Below are positions 52,790-60,966 of a stretch of 64,000 nucleotides of DNA, piece after piece. Source of the DNA: an uncultured Gammaproteobacteria bacterium. Its GTDB lineage: Bacteria > Pseudomonadota > Gammaproteobacteria > DRLM01. The first letter of the stretch is position 1, and every line of letters begins with the position of its first letter. The notes beneath the pieces are model-generated. The model ran no database searches. It saw only the letters and a program-made list of their open reading frames with translations, and had not been told where the DNA came from. The translations under genes and the position numbers were made by a program. The stretch covers positions 832,001 through 896,000 of the forward strand of contig CAVSNY010000007.1 in the NCBI GenBank assembly GCA_963729605.1, written 5' to 3'.

Positions 52790-52837
52790 AGCCTACATGT
52801 GCTGCTCACTTTTTATTGTCTATGAGTAAACCCAATG

Positions 52838-52875
52838 GATGTACGATTGACGTACATCGTCAAAGCTCTTATCTT
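52838..52875 (+). promoter_or_regulatory. Sigma70 promoter TTGACG-N17-TATCTT overlapped by the palindrome GATGTACG-ATTGA-CGTACATC (putative HigA operator)
   Basis: -35 at 52847-52852, -10 at 52870-52875, inverted repeat at 52838-52858. Confidence 0.7.
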
Positions 52876-52910
52876 GGGGCACAATAGCCTGTGCCGTTTC
52901 GAGGCGAAAT

Positions 52911-53234
52911 ATGACCGCAGCAGCCCATCATCCAGGGGAAGTTCTCGCCCAACGGCTTGAGGCTGTTGGTGTGTCGCCAACTGAGCTGGCACGTCAACTC
53001 GGCGTCCCAGCCAATAGGATCACTCAGATCATCAACGGCAAACGTGGGATCACCGGCGACTCAGCGCTACGCCTTGCCCACTGGTTTGGAGACGCCCCTC
53101 AGTTCTGGATGAACTTGCAAGTGCGGTGCGACTTGGAACTTGCGGAGGCTGAATCAGGAAGAGCAATCAGATTGCTCCCTACTGGCCCGACCGTTCGCGG
53201 CAATAAGGCCAACAAGCATGTGAAGACTACGTAG
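52911..53234 (+). CDS. higA: HigA/VapI-family HTH antitoxin-like regulator (no cognate toxin nearby)
   Basis: HPGEVL, ELARQLGVPANRITQIINGKRGITGDSALRLA..FG..PQFWMNLQ. Confidence 0.88.
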   Translation: MTAAAHHPGEVLAQRLEAVGVSPTELARQLGVPANRITQIINGKRGITGDSALRLAHWFGDAPQFWMNLQVRCDLELAEAESGRAIRLLPTGPTVRGNKANKHVKTT

Positions 53235-53299
53235 GGAAGGACTTATGACAGGAAGGGGCTTGCTCACGTCAGCGAGTGTGTTTGGAGGGGGAACGGCGC

Positions 53300-54295
53300 G
53301 TGACTGATGCATCGGCAGATATCACATTTCACTATCCACCGGAGCTGTTCAATCTCCTGGTGGATGTTGTGCCGCTGCTCAATCGCTCAAAGCCGGATGT
53401 GTTGGTGTTCTTCCGGGGGGCAGGTGTACCTGAAAACATGACTTCCGATATTGCCGCCCACTTGAGGACTGCCCCGAAGGATGTCAACAAGTACCAGATG
53501 GTTCGCACGGTGCTTGAGCGCCTCAACGCGAAGGGGGAATCCGCTCTTCGCGAGCGGCGCGAAGTGTTGCGGCGCGTAGTGGACTTTGCGAACTTTGATT
53601 CGTGCTGGCCCGCCGATCAACTCAAGGCTAAGGGCCTTGTCGCCAGTATCCGCGAAGTCGTTAACCAGAAAGACGCTTTCACGCGCATGAATAATGCCCG
53701 CGAAGAAGAACGGCAAGTACGCCTCGCCGAGTCGCAGCGGATCGCCGCGGAAAAGCGCGAGCGAAGTTCCAGGATCGAGAAAGCCAAACAGGGCCTGTAT
53801 GCACTGTTTGGCACTACCGCGACGGCACAGGAGCGCGGGAAAATGCTGGAGACGGCTCTCAATAATCTCTTCCAAGCCTACGGCGTTCTCATCCATAAAG
53901 GCTTTCACTTGGTTGGTGAGGCTGGGGAAGGAATCGTCGAGCAGATTGATGGAGCTATTGAACTCGGCGGTGTTCTGTACTTCGTTGAGATGAAGTGGTA
54001 CCGCAGCCCAGTGGGCAAGCCAGAGATTGCAGAGCATCTTGTACGTCTCATGTCGAGGGCCGAGGTTCGAGGTATCTTCATCTCTGCTAGTGACTACACC
54101 GAACCTGCCATTCACACGGTACGTGAGTTTCTGCAACACAAGGTTCTAGTCCTCTCGACGCTTCAGGAGATCGTCCGTCTGCTTGAGAAACAAGACGACC
54201 TCGCGGAGTTCTTCACAAAGAAAGTCCAGGCGGCACAGATACACAAAAACCCGTACTTCTGCCCTCATGGTAGCCAGGGGCAAGGTGCGTCATGA
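53300..54295 (+). CDS. Mrr-like restriction endonuclease with an uncharacterised helical N-terminal domain
   Basis: C-terminal RG..LE..L..LF...EQIDG...YFVEMKW...GIFISASDYT..A (PD-(D/E)XK, Mrr_cat-like), charged coiled-coil linker, GTG start after GGAGGGGG. Confidence 0.8.
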   Translation: MTDASADITFHYPPELFNLLVDVVPLLNRSKPDVLVFFRGAGVPENMTSDIAAHLRTAPKDVNKYQMVRTVLERLNAKGESALRERREVLRRVVDFANFDSCWPADQLKAKGLVASIREVVNQKDAFTRMNNAREEERQVRLAESQRIAAEKRERSSRIEKAKQGLYALFGTTATAQERGKMLETALNNLFQAYGVLIHKGFHLVGEAGEGIVEQIDGAIELGGVLYFVEMKWYRSPVGKPEIAEHLVRLMSRAEVRGIFISASDYTEPAIHTVREFLQHKVLVLSTLQEIVRLLEKQDDLAEFFTKKVQAAQIHKNPYFCPHGSQGQGAS

Positions 54296-55380
54296 CGGCG
54301 AATTGGAAGGACATCAATAAGCCGCCGAGCCCAGCGAACGCCGTTACGGCCGCGCAGGTGGCGAACGGTCCCGTTATGCCGCCGCAGCAAAGGCTGCTGA
54401 CCTACTCGCCAGACGAGTGGGAGGGCTTCGTCGAGGAGTGGGCTTATTACTGCCTCTCAACGAAGTACAAACATGTCCAGCGCTTCTCGGGTGCTGGCGA
54501 CATGGGGATCGACGTCGCTGGATTCGTTGACGACAAACGCCTTCAGGGTGTGTGGGAAAACTTCCAGTGCAAGCACTACGGCCATGCCATCAGGCCCAGC
54601 GATGTCTGGGCTGAGTTCGGCAAGGTCATCTGGTACTCGTACAAAGGTGAATACACGGCCCCTCGTCGCTACTACTTCGTTTCGCCGCGCGGTGCTGGCA
54701 CGTCGCTTAGCCGCCTATTTTCGAATGCCACGAAGTTGCGTGAGGAATTGTTTGCGAACTGGGATAAGCATGTGAAAGATGCGATCACTAGCACGCAAGA
54801 AGTGCTGCTCGACGCGGAACTCCGAGCCTATGTGGATGCCTTCAATTTCTCCATCTTCGACGCCAAGACTGCGCTTCAGCTTGTTGACGATCACCGTACC
54901 ACGCCAGCACACACGGCGCGCTTCGGTGGTGGACTGCCAACGCGGCCTGCATCCGAAAAGCCGCCCCAAGAAGTCGCTGCCACCGAGAGTCGCTATGTGA
55001 CGCAGTTATTCGGTGCATACAGCGAGCACACGGGGACAATCGTGACTGATCCCTCGGCCCTGTCCATGCCGAAGCTCAAGGACCATTTCCGCCGCCAGCG
55101 CGAGGCGTTCTATGAGGCCGAGTCGCTGCGCGTCTTCGCGCGCGACAGCGTGCCGCCCGGCACATTCGAGTCCTTGCTGGACGACATTCACGATGGCGTT
55201 ATCGACACACACGATGGGAGTCATGCCGATGGCTACGAAAAGGTCTGCGCCGTCACCAAGGCGGCCCGCGACATGCAGATTACGGCAAACGCCCTCATCA
55301 CTTGTACGAACCCCAAGGATCGGGACGGGATTTGCCATCAACTCGTGAATGAGGAGCGCCTTCGGTGGACCCGATCATGA
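54292..55380 (+). CDS. lmuA: ABC-three-component/Lamassu effector LmuA: Mrr-like nuclease plus CTD6-like domain
   Basis: S.DEWE.F..EW, GAGDMGIDV and FQCKHY (D...QxK nuclease); C-terminal FYEAESLR.F.RD and GICHQLVNE..L.W. Confidence 0.78.
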   Translation: MTANWKDINKPPSPANAVTAAQVANGPVMPPQQRLLTYSPDEWEGFVEEWAYYCLSTKYKHVQRFSGAGDMGIDVAGFVDDKRLQGVWENFQCKHYGHAIRPSDVWAEFGKVIWYSYKGEYTAPRRYYFVSPRGAGTSLSRLFSNATKLREELFANWDKHVKDAITSTQEVLLDAELRAYVDAFNFSIFDAKTALQLVDDHRTTPAHTARFGGGLPTRPASEKPPQEVAATESRYVTQLFGAYSEHTGTIVTDPSALSMPKLKDHFRRQREAFYEAESLRVFARDSVPPGTFESLLDDIHDGVIDTHDGSHADGYEKVCAVTKAARDMQITANALITCTNPKDRDGICHQLVNEERLRWTRS

Positions 55381-55871
55381 GCCAAGAACATAAGCCGATC
55401 ACCTTCAATGGCCCACTTGAGGCCGGTATCCGTGCGGTCTCGATTTTGGGCGCCGCCTATCCGCAAACCTACGACCTCCAGCGGCTTGTCGCCCTTGACT
55501 ACCTTCTTGTTCATACAGGCGATATTGACGGCCCAGACAATTTGCACCCACCGACGCCAATGCACTCGGCTGAATTGCTCGTGCGCCGCAAATTGGTCGA
55601 GCAATCGCTGCTTCTGATGATGACCCGCGACCTCGTGGAGCGCGAAGTCACACCCGAAGGAATCAAGTACGGCGCAGGCGAGAATGCTGCGACGTTCCTG
55701 TCGTCAGTATCTTCCAGCTATCTGCTGTCCCTGAAGGATCGCGCTGTATGGCTTGTCGAAACCATTGGTGATCTGACGGACGAACAGTTCAAAGGCATGA
55801 TGCGCCGCTTCTTCGATAAATGGGTCGAGGAGTTCCAGCACGTCGAGCAGAGCCTGGGAGGCGAAACATGA
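55377..55871 (+). CDS. lmuC: ABC-three-component middle component (MC2-like, LmuC)
   Basis: FNGPLEAGIRAV.IL, L..LDYLLVH.GD..GP..LHP; sits between the effector and the ATPase with ATGA overlaps on both sides. Confidence 0.78.
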   Translation: MSQEHKPITFNGPLEAGIRAVSILGAAYPQTYDLQRLVALDYLLVHTGDIDGPDNLHPPTPMHSAELLVRRKLVEQSLLLMMTRDLVEREVTPEGIKYGAGENAATFLSSVSSSYLLSLKDRAVWLVETIGDLTDEQFKGMMRRFFDKWVEEFQHVEQSLGGET

Positions 55872-57745
55872 CGGCAGTAACTCCCGGCTTGCGTTTGCGC
55901 TTCCTCGGCTTCTTCGGCCCACAGAAGCCACCCGCAACAGTAACCTTCGGCGCCGGTCTCAACGTCATTTACGGCGCATCGAACACTGGAAAGTCTTTCA
56001 TTGTCGAAGCCATCGACTTCATGCTCGGTGGCAAACCACCCCTGCGCGATATCCCAGAGCGCGTCGGCTACGACCTCGTTCTCCTGGGGCTTGAGACTCT
56101 TGATGGGAAGTTATTCACGCTCTGGCGCAGCATGGACGGCGGTGGCTTTCGGCTTTACGAAGACTTGTACCAGACACCGCCGACGACCGACATCCCGTAC
56201 ACGCAGCTTGACGAAAAGCACAGCGATAGGAACAGCACGAACCTTTCCTCATTCTTGCTGGACCTATGCGGCCTTGGTGGCAAGCGTGTCCGCAAAAACT
56301 CCCGGAACGAAACCATCAGCCTGAGCTTTCGCAACATTGCGCGTTTGATGATCGTCGATGAGACGGAGATCACTCAACAAAGCTCTCCGCTCATTGATGG
56401 CAATCCCACCGCCAATACGCCAAATTTGGCGACATTCAAGTTACTTCTAACCGGGGCGGACGACTCCGCATTGGTCGCCAGTAATAAGAGTGAGCCGGAG
56501 GAGTTGTCGCGCGAGGCGCAATTGCATCTTCTCGATCAGCTTCTTGACGACTATCGCGATCGGCTCAAGGAGTTGACCAAGAGTCCGAAGGAGCTGGAGG
56601 AGCAGCTAGAGAAGATCGACACCTCGCTTCGCCAACAGGCGGCTCAGGTAAACACCACAGAAGCTGAGTTTCAGGAGGCTGCTGGGAAGCGGCGAGAACT
56701 GCGCAAGAAACTGGAGGAAAGCCGAGAGCGACGTGCAGAGGTCGGCGCGATGCTTGAGCGATTCAGGCTGCTCGACAGACACTACGTGTCCGATATTGAA
56801 AGGTTACGTGCCATTGAGGAAGGCGGGACGCTGTTTAGCGTACTGGGCGCCGCGCATTGCCCTCTCTGCGGTGCGGACCCCGCTCATCATCGCGCCGATA
56901 CTGGGTGTAATGGAGACACTGATGCCGTCGTTCAGGCCGCGCGAATGGAGATCGCCAAGATCGAAATTTTGCGCACTGAGCTTGTAGCGACCGTTCAAAG
57001 CCTTGAGCGCGAAGGTGCCAACTTTGATCGCAGGATGCCTACTGTTGTTCGAGAGTTGGAGTCAATCTCTGAGTCGGTTGAAGACTTGATCGCACCTAAG
57101 CTCTCGACCCTTCGCAAGTCCTATTCCGACTTTGCCGACAAGCGAGCTGAGGTACGCGAAGCGCTGGCACTCTACGCCACCGTGCAAGACATGGAGCGCC
57201 GTCGCGCCGATCTTGAGAAGGGCACCGAGGACGAGAAGGCCGGGGCGGTTGCAAACGCAGACCTCTCAACCACTGTGACCCACAGTTTTGCCAAAACTGT
57301 CGAGGGCATACTGACCGGTTGGCACTTCCCAGAGGCTGGGGATGTGTACTTCGATTCCAAGACTCGGGATCTTGTCATTGCTGGAAAGTCGCGTAGTGCT
57401 TTTGGTAAGGGCCTTCGCGCCATCACGCATGCAGCCTTCACCCTCGGACTGCTTGCTTTCTGCCGTGCGCGCCAGACGCCGCATACGGGATTCGTCGTGC
57501 TCGACTCTCCTTTGCTGGCATACCGAGAACCAGACGGAACGGAAGATGACTTGACCGGTACTGACCTTCAAGAGCAGTTCTACGCGTACCTTGAAGCGCT
57601 GCCTAGCGACACACAAGTCATCGTTGTTGAGAACACCGACCCGCCTGCGGCAATCATGAAGCGCGAGCAGTCGCTTATGTTCGGCAAGAACCCGCATCAT
57701 GGCCGGTACGGTTTGTTCCCTTTTACAGCGAACCCTGCGCAATAA
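55868..57745 (+). CDS. lmuB: SMC/Rad50-like ABC ATPase LmuB
   Basis: Walker A GLNVIYGASNTGKS, long coiled coils around CPLCG, signature-like SAFGKG, Walker B FVVLDSP and QVIVVEN. Confidence 0.82.
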   Translation: MTAVTPGLRLRFLGFFGPQKPPATVTFGAGLNVIYGASNTGKSFIVEAIDFMLGGKPPLRDIPERVGYDLVLLGLETLDGKLFTLWRSMDGGGFRLYEDLYQTPPTTDIPYTQLDEKHSDRNSTNLSSFLLDLCGLGGKRVRKNSRNETISLSFRNIARLMIVDETEITQQSSPLIDGNPTANTPNLATFKLLLTGADDSALVASNKSEPEELSREAQLHLLDQLLDDYRDRLKELTKSPKELEEQLEKIDTSLRQQAAQVNTTEAEFQEAAGKRRELRKKLEESRERRAEVGAMLERFRLLDRHYVSDIERLRAIEEGGTLFSVLGAAHCPLCGADPAHHRADTGCNGDTDAVVQAARMEIAKIEILRTELVATVQSLEREGANFDRRMPTVVRELESISESVEDLIAPKLSTLRKSYSDFADKRAEVREALALYATVQDMERRRADLEKGTEDEKAGAVANADLSTTVTHSFAKTVEGILTGWHFPEAGDVYFDSKTRDLVIAGKSRSAFGKGLRAITHAAFTLGLLAFCRARQTPHTGFVVLDSPLLAYREPDGTEDDLTGTDLQEQFYAYLEALPSDTQVIVVENTDPPAAIMKREQSLMFGKNPHHGRYGLFPFTANPAQ

Positions 57746-57907
57746 ACGAGTATGGAAATGGGAAGACACCAATGGCTTGGTGACGATCCAGCGTTCTTTA
57801 TCGGATAGCACACGACGCAATTCCGTGCGTCTCCACTTCGCGGACCGGGCTGCTCTAGGTTCGCTGTCCGCTTATCCCTGACGGGACTGGCTTCGCCAGC
57901 CTTCCGC

Positions 57908-58147
57908 ATCCCTGACGCCTCCGGCCCTTGAGGGCCTGCGCGCTCCGCTTGCCCATCCGTGCCTTCGTTGGAGGTGGGGATGGGCGGTCTTGCTGTTTCC
58001 CTTCACCGTACCACGGCGTTCTCGCCGTCAAGGGCTGCGCGTGCTCGCACGCTTGCGGCCGTGGCCGTCATGACCCTGTGACAGCTTGCGCTGCGCCGTG
58101 CTGGCGCCGGTTCCGGGCAATTCCGCCCGAGCAACCGGAGCACGATC
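57908..58147 (+). repeat. Structured intergenic repeat, copy B (ssDNA-promoter-like) upstream of radC
   Basis: Near-identical to 58696-58931; nested inverted repeats CACGGCG/CGCCGTG and GTCAAGGG/CCCTGTGAC; ends in RBS GGAG. Confidence 0.8.
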
Positions 58148-58654
58148 ATGTCGCAACTCTCTCTCGCTTTCGATTCCTCGCTGCTGGTGCGTGACAGCCA
58201 GGGGCGCTACACGCTGGCCACCGCCGATCAGATCCTGGAGGCGGCCCGCCAGGTCATCGACCAGAAGATCCCGCGCGGTGCGCTGTTCACCTCGCCGACG
58301 CTGGTCAAGGAGTACCTGCGCACCAAGCTGGCCGGCTTCGAGTACGAAGTCTTCGCGGCGCTGTTCCTCGACAGCCAGCATCGGCTGATCGAGTACGTCG
58401 AGTTGTTCCGAGGCACCATCGACTCGGCGGCGGTGTATCCGCGCGAAGTCGTGAAGACGGCGTTGCGGCTCAATGCGGCGGTTGTGATTTTCTCGCACAA
58501 CCATCCAAGCGGGAACCCTGAGCCGAGTCAGGCCGACAGACAGATCACCCAGCGGCTCAAGGAGGCGCTGGCATTGGTGGACGTGCGCGCACTGGATCAC
58601 ATCGTCGTCGGTGGCGAGTCCACAGAGTCCTTCGCCGAACGGGGGCTGTTGTGA
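58148..58654 (+). CDS. radC: RadC-like JAB-domain protein
   Basis: E.F.ALFLD, LFRGTIDSAAVYPREV, HNHPSG..EPS.AD and LDHIVVG. Confidence 0.93.
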   Translation: MSQLSLAFDSSLLVRDSQGRYTLATADQILEAARQVIDQKIPRGALFTSPTLVKEYLRTKLAGFEYEVFAALFLDSQHRLIEYVELFRGTIDSAAVYPREVVKTALRLNAAVVIFSHNHPSGNPEPSQADRQITQRLKEALALVDVRALDHIVVGGESTESFAERGLL

Positions 58655-58658
58655 TCGC

Positions 58659-58680
58659 GGGGGGCTTCGGCCCCCTTTTT
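58659..58680 (+). terminator. Rho-independent terminator
   Basis: GGGGGC-TTCG-GCCCCC followed by TTTTT. Confidence 0.75.
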
Positions 58681-58695
58681 GCTGCGTCCGATGCC

Positions 58696-58931
58696 GACGA
58701 TCTCCGGCCCTGCGGGCCTGCGCGCTGCGCTTGCCTGTCCGTGCCTTCGTTTGGAGGTGGGGATGGGCGGTCTTGCTGTTCCCTTCACCGTATCACGGCG
58801 TTCTCGCCGTCAAGGGCTGCGCGCGCCTTGCGCGCTTGCGGCCGCGGCCGTCCATGACCCTGTGACAGCTTGCGCTGCGCCGTGCTGGCGACGGTTCCGG
58901 GCAATTCCGCCCGAGTAACCGGAGAAAGATC
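58696..58931 (+). repeat. Structured intergenic repeat, copy C (ssDNA-promoter-like)
   Basis: Near-identical to copy B, ending CCGGAGAAAGATC-ATG. Confidence 0.8.
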
Positions 58932-59327
58932 ATGAACGAGAAATCGCATGTTTCGCTGGAACAACACGTCTGCCTTATCTGCGGCGTCGCCTTCGACACT
59001 GGCAGCATCCTGCTGGACAAGCGCCTGCGCGCGAGCATGGAGCGCCATACGGCGACAGGCTGGGGCCTATGCCCTGAACACCAGAAGCTGTCCGATGACG
59101 GCTTTGTCGCGCTGGTCGAATGCGACCCACAGCGCAGCGGCTCGCCGGCCGGCGGTGGTCGCTTGAAGCCGGAGCAGGCTTACCGGACGGGCCGGCTGGC
59201 CCACCTGAAACGCGACGTGTTCGCCGAGGTGTTCAACGTGCCGGTCGCGGCCGACCAGCCTTGCGTGTTCGTCGAGCCTGGCGTGATCGAGCAGTTGCAG
59301 GCGATGGTGTCGCCAGCGACGAACTGA
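58932..59327 (+). CDS. Conserved ICE hypothetical protein with CxxC...CxxH putative zinc site
   Basis: 131 aa, CLICG...CPEH, RBS GGAG; occupies a Tn4371 backbone position after radC. Confidence 0.75.
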   Translation: MNEKSHVSLEQHVCLICGVAFDTGSILLDKRLRASMERHTATGWGLCPEHQKLSDDGFVALVECDPQRSGSPAGGGRLKPEQAYRTGRLAHLKRDVFAEVFNVPVAADQPCVFVEPGVIEQLQAMVSPATN

Positions 59328-60065
59328 TCGCGCGGTGCAAGCATCCGGTGCGTCGTCCTGCGGGGCTGCGCACCTTTTTTTCTGCTGCGCCCGGTGTCGA
59401 TGCCTCCGCGCCTGCGGCGCTGCGCGCTGCGCTTGCCCGGTTTGCAGCCGATCCCCGCCGAGCTTCGCTTGGCGCCCCTCAAAGGCAGCCGAACCGGCTG
59501 CGCCGGATCGGCCGGACAGCGGCCACAGCATGACGACGATGCCTAGAGCAGGAGGTTCGAGTTGTTTGGGTGTATGGGCGTCCCCGGCCGGGAAGCATGG
59601 CCGGTCGCGCTGTCGTGCTGCGCATCGAGCCGCCTTCGGCGTCTCGCCCCATGCGGGCTTCCATCGTTCCCTCGCTCCGCTCGGCTGACGCCTTCGGCCC
59701 GGCTCCTCGATCCGGGCCTGCGCGCTTCGCTTGCGTGGGGTCGGCGCCATCTGCGGCCGTTGCCACAACCGCCGTCTTCCCTCGCTCATCACCTCATCCG
59801 CGACTGTAGCCCGCGCCCGTGTGCCGTCAAGGCGCGCCGGGCCGTGTCCTCGCTGCGCTGCGGGCCGCATCAACCCGTCGCTTGTTTCCTTGACGGCCCC
59901 CGTCCGCGCGCTCCTGACCGTCGCGGGCGATGAACTCAGGAAAGACGGTGGCAACGAGGCCGGCCCAGGTCTCCGCGCCGACCCCACCGGAAAGCCGAAA
60001 GGCGGGCTCCGAATCTAGGAATCCGGTGGGGTTTCAACAGCAAACCCTTTGTCAGGAGAAAGACC

Positions 60066-60893
60066 ATGCAACTTGCATCCCGTTTCGCATCCCGATCCCC
60101 GATGCTGCGCGCCAATCATCCGCTGTCGGATGAGCAAATCCAGCGTGTAGCCCCTTCCATCTTCGCGGAAGCCCCGCACGAAAGCCGCTCCGAGCGGTAC
60201 AGCTACATCCCCACCGCCGCCGTGCTGACCGAGTTACGCCGCGAAGGCTTCCAGCCTTTCATGGTCTGCCAGACCCGCGTGCGCGATGAAGGCAAGCGCG
60301 AGCACACCAAGCACATGATCCGGTTGCGCCACGCCAGCCAGATCAACGGCAGTGAAGCCAACGAAATCATCCTGCTGAATTCGCACGACGGAACCAGCAG
60401 CTACCAGATGCTGGCCGGGATGTTCCGTTTCGTGTGCAGCAATGGCCTTGTCTGCGGCGACACCGTGGCGGACGTGCGCGTGCCTCACAAGGGCGACGTG
60501 GCGGGCCATGTCATCGAGGGCGCTTATGAAGTCTTGCACGGCTTCAAGCGTGCGCAGGAATCCCGCGATGCCATGCAGGCCATCACGCTGGACAGCGGCG
60601 AGGCCGAAGTGTTCGCCCGCGCCGCACTCGCCCTCAAGTACGACGACCCGGACAAGCCCGCGCCGATCACGGAAAGCCAAGTGCTGGCCTCGCGCCGCTT
60701 CGACGACCGCCGCCCCGACCTGTGGAGCGTCTTCAACCGCACGCAGGAGAACTTGACGCAAGGCGGACTGATGGGCCGCAGCGCCAACGGACGCCGCCAA
60801 CGCACGCGCCCCGTGCAGGGCATCGACCAGTCCGTGCGTCTGAACCGCGCCCTGTGGCTGCTCGCCGACGGTATGCGCCGGTTGAAAGCCTGA
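60066..60893 (+). CDS. DUF932/DUF945 (YafZ-like) protein
   Basis: APSIFA...HESRSERYSYIPT, HTKHMIRLR, LLNSHDGTSSYQ, FRFVCSNGL and LNRALW. Confidence 0.9.
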   Translation: MQLASRFASRSPMLRANHPLSDEQIQRVAPSIFAEAPHESRSERYSYIPTAAVLTELRREGFQPFMVCQTRVRDEGKREHTKHMIRLRHASQINGSEANEIILLNSHDGTSSYQMLAGMFRFVCSNGLVCGDTVADVRVPHKGDVAGHVIEGAYEVLHGFKRAQESRDAMQAITLDSGEAEVFARAALALKYDDPDKPAPITESQVLASRRFDDRRPDLWSVFNRTQENLTQGGLMGRSANGRRQRTRPVQGIDQSVRLNRALWLLADGMRRLKA

Positions 60894-60966
60894 ACCCCAC
60901 GCGGAGGGGCGGGCAGCCCCTCCATTCATTCCCTTGTTTCACATTCTCTCTTTAGGAGTCATCACC

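Noticed and set aside
52790-52910. HigB toxin upstream of higA
   Set aside because: Only ~120 bp, occupied by the promoter/operator, with no ORF of toxin size.
59330-60060. Protein-coding ORFs in ICE intergenic regions (also 63000-63750)
   Set aside because: Low-complexity Arg/Pro/Ala frames over hairpin-rich leader DNA; better explained as structured non-coding sequence.
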